Assembly (NCBI GenBank): GCA_016839705.1
Contig: JAEOTR010000017.1
Coordinates: forward strand, 1 to 64,000
Length of the DNA: 64,000 bases
From: Promethearchaeota archaeon
GTDB lineage: Archaea > Asgardarchaeota > Lokiarchaeia > Sigyniarchaeales > SOKP01
Direction: 5' to 3'
The translations under genes and the position numbers were made by a program. Below are positions 60,073 through 64,000 of this stretch, piece after piece. Numbering within the stretch: the stretch's first letter is position 1; each line of letters begins with the position of its first letter. The notes under the pieces are model-generated. The model was not told where the DNA came from. It searched no databases and was given only the letters and a program-made list of their open reading frames with translations.

Positions 60073-61872
60073 GTGAATAAGGAAAAAGATAAAATTTGGA
60101 TATTCACATTTGAATATGCGGGGATTGTTAAAGTCGGAGGTTTAGGAGAAGTCCCTGCAAATCAGGCTAAACACATTAATAAAGATTATGAAATAACTGT
60201 TTTTATTCCTTCTCATGGTCAACTTAATAATCTTAGGGAGATACACGATTGGGAGAAATTATCATTTAATTGTGTAGGGCAAATAAATCCATCAATTTTA
60301 GGATTAAGTGATCCTATTAGTTATTATCATATTTCCTTTTACAAATCTAAAATTAATAATGTAAATATCGTTTTATTAGTTGGTGAAAATTATTTTGCAA
60401 GCAAATTTCTAGATGATAGTGCTGTATATAATCCAGATACTCTCAATGGAAAGATTTGTCTTTTTAGTATTGGGATGCGATCTTTAGTAAGTCATATGAT
60501 TGAAGATCAAAAAGAAAATGTACCAGATATCATCCATTTACATGATTATCATGCGGTAATCCCTTTTATTGGCATAAAACAGGAACTGATCAACAATGGT
60601 TTAGACGTACACTCTCTAATTACCATACATCTACTCACTTGGCCGAGACACAGCATCGAATTCTATTATGGGTGTGGAATTGATAAAACCCCAATTAAAA
60701 TATTGTTAGAAAATGGTTATAAGTTGTTTTCTATAGATGAAATCTTCAATTTATGTAAAACATCAAGTAGTTATGATGAAATAAATCAACCTCCGACTGT
60801 AGAAAAAATTGGTGCGGTCATTTGTGATTTAGTCACAACTGTAAGCCAATCTTATCTTATATCTGATATAATTCTAAATTGTGGCAACCATTTAATTGAA
60901 TTTAAGTCTGATTTTTTATGGGATGGATGTGATTGGGATTATGATGAGATTAAATTAGAAGTTTTAAGAAAACATGGAGAAGATATGCATAAAGTTTTAG
61001 ACATTCCTCATGAGATAGATTTAACATTTTCAGATATGAAACGATACCTTTTAACTCACAAGATTGCTCATTTGGCCAGAAGTCCCTTAATCAGGTCAGA
61101 AAAAGTTCTTAAAGTAATAAGTGAAATATCGAATGGAAACCAGTTTATCAAAAATGGGAATATCAAAGCATTTAATGAACCTGGGCCATTAGTTATTACT
61201 ACAGGAAGAATATCACATCAAAAAGGATTCGAAACTATTTTTGAAGCCATCCCAGAGGTAATTCAAGCAATACCTACTGCGAAGTTTTTATTTATGATTT
61301 TACCAACGGATTATAGTTTAGAAGAAATCAAATCTTACTCTCATATAGTAAAAAGATATCCAGATAATCTGAGAATTATCTTCGGGGTAGCAAAGGACAT
61401 ATTTTATTTGGCTCATATCTCTGCAGATGTCTACTGTGCTTTATCAAGATGGGAACCATTTGGTATTATCGCTTTGGAAGCGATGGCTTCAAAGCTTCCA
61501 ATTATTGCTACGCGTGTAGGGGGCTTTCAAGAGACAATAATCGATATCAGAAATTCCCCTGAAATAGGTACGGGTATTTTAATTGATAAAGATAATCCTT
61601 CTCAATTTGCCAATGCCTTGATTTCTCTTTTTTTGTTGTCAGAGATTGCCAAAAAGGCAAAATTGAAAGAATCTATTTATGAAACGGAAGTATTAAATTT
61701 AGTTAATCAAATACCTGACGAAATTATTAAATCGTTAGTTTTACTCGATCCTGACGTGTATCAAAAGATTAAAGAAAACTGCTATAAAAGAGTAGAAAAT
61801 AACTTTAGGTGGAGCATCGTATCGAAAAAATTGAGAGAACTATATACTAGAATAAGAGATTTAGATAAATAG
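60073..61872 (+). CDS. glgA: Glycogen synthase (GT5)
   Basis: KVGGLGEV, HLHDYH, TTVSQSY, GRISHQKG, SRWEPFGIIALEAM. Confidence 0.9.
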   Translation: MNKEKDKIWIFTFEYAGIVKVGGLGEVPANQAKHINKDYEITVFIPSHGQLNNLREIHDWEKLSFNCVGQINPSILGLSDPISYYHISFYKSKINNVNIVLLVGENYFASKFLDDSAVYNPDTLNGKICLFSIGMRSLVSHMIEDQKENVPDIIHLHDYHAVIPFIGIKQELINNGLDVHSLITIHLLTWPRHSIEFYYGCGIDKTPIKILLENGYKLFSIDEIFNLCKTSSSYDEINQPPTVEKIGAVICDLVTTVSQSYLISDIILNCGNHLIEFKSDFLWDGCDWDYDEIKLEVLRKHGEDMHKVLDIPHEIDLTFSDMKRYLLTHKIAHLARSPLIRSEKVLKVISEISNGNQFIKNGNIKAFNEPGPLVITTGRISHQKGFETIFEAIPEVIQAIPTAKFLFMILPTDYSLEEIKSYSHIVKRYPDNLRIIFGVAKDIFYLAHISADVYCALSRWEPFGIIALEAMASKLPIIATRVGGFQETIIDIRNSPEIGTGILIDKDNPSQFANALISLFLLSEIAKKAKLKESIYETEVLNLVNQIPDEIIKSLVLLDPDVYQKIKENCYKRVENNFRWSIVSKKLRELYTRIRDLDK

Positions 61873-61883
61873 GAGAACATAAT

Positions 61884-63065
61884 TTGACACTTTCGAAACG
61901 ATCTGTAATTCTTATTCTATTCTCTATTTTAGTTTTAAACACTGCGGGAATAGGATTAGTTACATATTTACCAAAGTATTTATTATACTTAGGTATAGAA
62001 AATCCCGTTATCCAATTAGTAATGACTATTTTTCCATTAACTTTATTTGTATTTCCACCAATTTTAGGAAAGCTTTCTGATAAATTTCAGAATAGGATTC
62101 TTTTTATAATTATTGGAGCTTTAGGGATTGTTTTATCATTTGTGTTGTTTCTATTTACTCAAAATTTATTCCTAATTATAGCATTATCACTATTATATGG
62201 TTTTTTTGGAGCTGCTTTTCGAATTATTTTCACTCTCTATGCCGAATTAGTAGATAATGATACGAGATATATCTCTTATTACAATGCCGTAAGCACATGC
62301 GGATGGTTTTTGGGAAGCCAGTTAGGAGGAATTTTTATTGATGTATATGGGATTCAAAATATCTTCTTATTTCTAATTTTATTTTCAACAATAAATCTAG
62401 GCTCCATTCTTCTCATAAAGGAGAATAGAACTTTAATTTTAAGTCATTATGATAATAAAACTAATGAATCCCGTAACAACATAAATGAAGTAAAAACAAT
62501 TTCAATTTCGGTATATCTTGGATTATTTTTCAGAAATTTCGGCATAAAGCCAATCATGGTTGTTCTCTCAATAATTATGGGTTTTCATATTTCCAGTGAT
62601 ACACAAGTAGGATTTTTAATAGGTTTAAATTTCTTAATTCAAGTTGCCTTAATGCTATTAATAGGACATATTATTTCAGAAAAAAATGAAAAATTGATAC
62701 TTATCCTCGGATATTTTTTTAGCACAATCGCAATATTAGGATATATTTTTTCAAATAGTTTTTTCAGCTTTTTAATATCCCAGATTTTTATTGCGTTCAG
62801 TTATTCAATGTTTTGGTCTGCTACCGTTATGTATATCGCACAAAATTCTACCCCAAAAAATAAAGGTCGATATATGGGATATGCAAACTCAAGCACTTTT
62901 TCTGGTGGCTTTTTAGGAGGACTCCTATTTAGTTATCTATTAGTGGTGTTTAATTCAAATTATTATAGTGCAATGTATTTTATGATTATATTTCCCGTAC
63001 TTTCTTCTATAAGTATATTATTGAAGTTTAAACAACATTCAAAGCCAAAACTAATTAATAAATAA
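61884..63065 (+). CDS. MFS transporter
   Basis: ~12 TM, GKLSDKFQNR, KGRYMG. Confidence 0.9.
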   Translation: MTLSKRSVILILFSILVLNTAGIGLVTYLPKYLLYLGIENPVIQLVMTIFPLTLFVFPPILGKLSDKFQNRILFIIIGALGIVLSFVLFLFTQNLFLIIALSLLYGFFGAAFRIIFTLYAELVDNDTRYISYYNAVSTCGWFLGSQLGGIFIDVYGIQNIFLFLILFSTINLGSILLIKENRTLILSHYDNKTNESRNNINEVKTISISVYLGLFFRNFGIKPIMVVLSIIMGFHISSDTQVGFLIGLNFLIQVALMLLIGHIISEKNEKLILILGYFFSTIAILGYIFSNSFFSFLISQIFIAFSYSMFWSATVMYIAQNSTPKNKGRYMGYANSSTFSGGFLGGLLFSYLLVVFNSNYYSAMYFMIIFPVLSSISILLKFKQHSKPKLINK

Positions 63066-63109
63066 AAAATTTGGGATTTATAATTTTAATCCACATCAAA
63101 TTGATTAAA

Positions 63110-64000
63110 TTGGTTTTATTAAAAAGATCTGTTATTTTAATTTTAATCTCGGCATTTATTATTTTTTTAGCAGCTTGGATGGTTATGGCGTTTTTACCTC
63201 AATATCTTCAAGTATTAGGTACTCCAGGTCCGATTATACAAATAATAATAACAATTTTCCTCTCTACATTATTCATATTCCCATATATTTTAGGTAAGTA
63301 CTCAGATAAAATCCAGAATCGAAAGTATTTTATAATAATTGGAACTGCGGGTATGATTTTAACTCCATTTCTATTACTATTTACAACAAATTTAATCCTA
63401 ATCACTATAATATTATTTTTTTTTGGAATGTTTGCATCTACTTCTTCGATTATATTTACATTATATTCAGAGTTAGTTCAAAATAATTCCAAATGGATAT
63501 CTTACTATAATGCCCTAACAGCTTTGGGATGGTTTGTGGGAGCGCAAATAGCAGGTGTATTTATCGAGATTTATGGGTTTAATCTTGTATTTTTACTTTC
63601 TTTAATTGGTATGGTGATAGGTATGATATTTGTTGTTTTTATTAAGGAAGATAGGCAAATTATCGTGAATTCTGCGAAAGAGAATAGAATAATAGATGTG
63701 AATAATTCTCAAAATGATGAACTTTTAGTATCTAAATCAATTTATTATGGTGTATTTTTTAGAAGTTTTGGAATTCAACCAATTTTGGCTGTGCTTGTGG
63801 TAATCATGGGTTTTCATTTAAATAGTGATATAGAAATGGGATTTTTACTTGGGTTAAACCCCCTACTACAATTTTTTCTTATGATTTTATTGGGAAGGTT
63901 AATAACTGACAAAAATTTTAAGCTTTTTATGTTTAGCGGTTATCTATTAAGCATTTTGGTCATTTTGGGATTTCTTCTCGCCGCAGATTTCTGGGGTTTT
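63110..64000 (+). CDS. MFS transporter, tandem paralogue (runs off window end)
   Basis: Manual translation MVLLKRSVILIL...FLPQYL..GKYSDKIQNR..LYSELV..ISYYNA, closely like the upstream MFS. Confidence 0.88.
   Translation, partial: MVLLKRSVILILISAFIIFLAAWMVMAFLPQYLQVLGTPGPIIQIIITIFLSTLFIFPYILGKYSDKIQNRKYFIIIGTAGMILTPFLLLFTTNLILITIILFFFGMFASTSSIIFTLYSELVQNNSKWISYYNALTALGWFVGAQIAGVFIEIYGFNLVFLLSLIGMVIGMIFVVFIKEDRQIIVNSAKENRIIDVNNSQNDELLVSKSIYYGVFFRSFGIQPILAVLVVIMGFHLNSDIEMGFLLGLNPLLQFFLMILLGRLITDKNFKLFMFSGYLLSILVILGFLLAADFWGF

Noticed and set aside
2060-63405. Many short track ORFs antisense to or overlapping real genes (e.g. 2311..2496, 4200..4397, 10002..11080 set, 16378..16839, 38528..38947, 40088..40513, 48728..49144, 63208..63405)
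   Set aside because: Shadow frames of well-supported genes with no recognisable motifs
1-64000. tRNA, rRNA, CRISPR arrays, IS elements, prophage or defence islands
   Set aside because: No cloverleaf, spaced repeats, transposase or integrase motifs seen by eye; a covariance-model search could still find small RNAs

Overview
AT-rich archaeal chromosome segment. The gene content points to Asgard archaea, most likely Lokiarchaeia (inference): several Rab/Arf-like GTPases, a Snf7/ESCRT-III, a Roadblock protein, a Sec23/24-like vWA protein, an HMf-type histone, L35Ae, split RpoA1/RpoA2 and a eukaryote-type SECIS. It is mostly core information-processing genes (AglB, TruA, RFC-S, Csl4, RpoL, EF-1alpha, aIF2alpha/Nop10, GINS/PriS/PriL/PCNA/RPA3, TFS, r-proteins, RpoA1/A2, Pus10-L21e-RpoF-DUF655-KsgA-HemK) mixed with metabolic genes and eukaryotic-signature proteins. 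I saw no tRNA, rRNA, CRISPR array or transposase. Highlights the ORF track misses: (1) a UxxC peroxiredoxin-like selenoprotein with a eukaryote-type SECIS whose AUGA core is the gene's own stop codon; (2) a wHTH + ATP-cone + catalytically dead NrdD fusion, a candidate nucleotide-sensing regulator; (3) a Zn-finger/PH/proline-rich protein ending in a TSG101-like steadiness box, 1.1 kb from a stand-alone ESCRT-III gene; (4) a deoxynucleotide kinase with a C-terminal PIP box; (5) at least four conserved genes, including L21e, with no ATG/GTG/TTG start; (6) a cold-shock pseudogene and a 55-aa Cys-rich ORF. All calls come from motif recognition by eye; no database searches were run.
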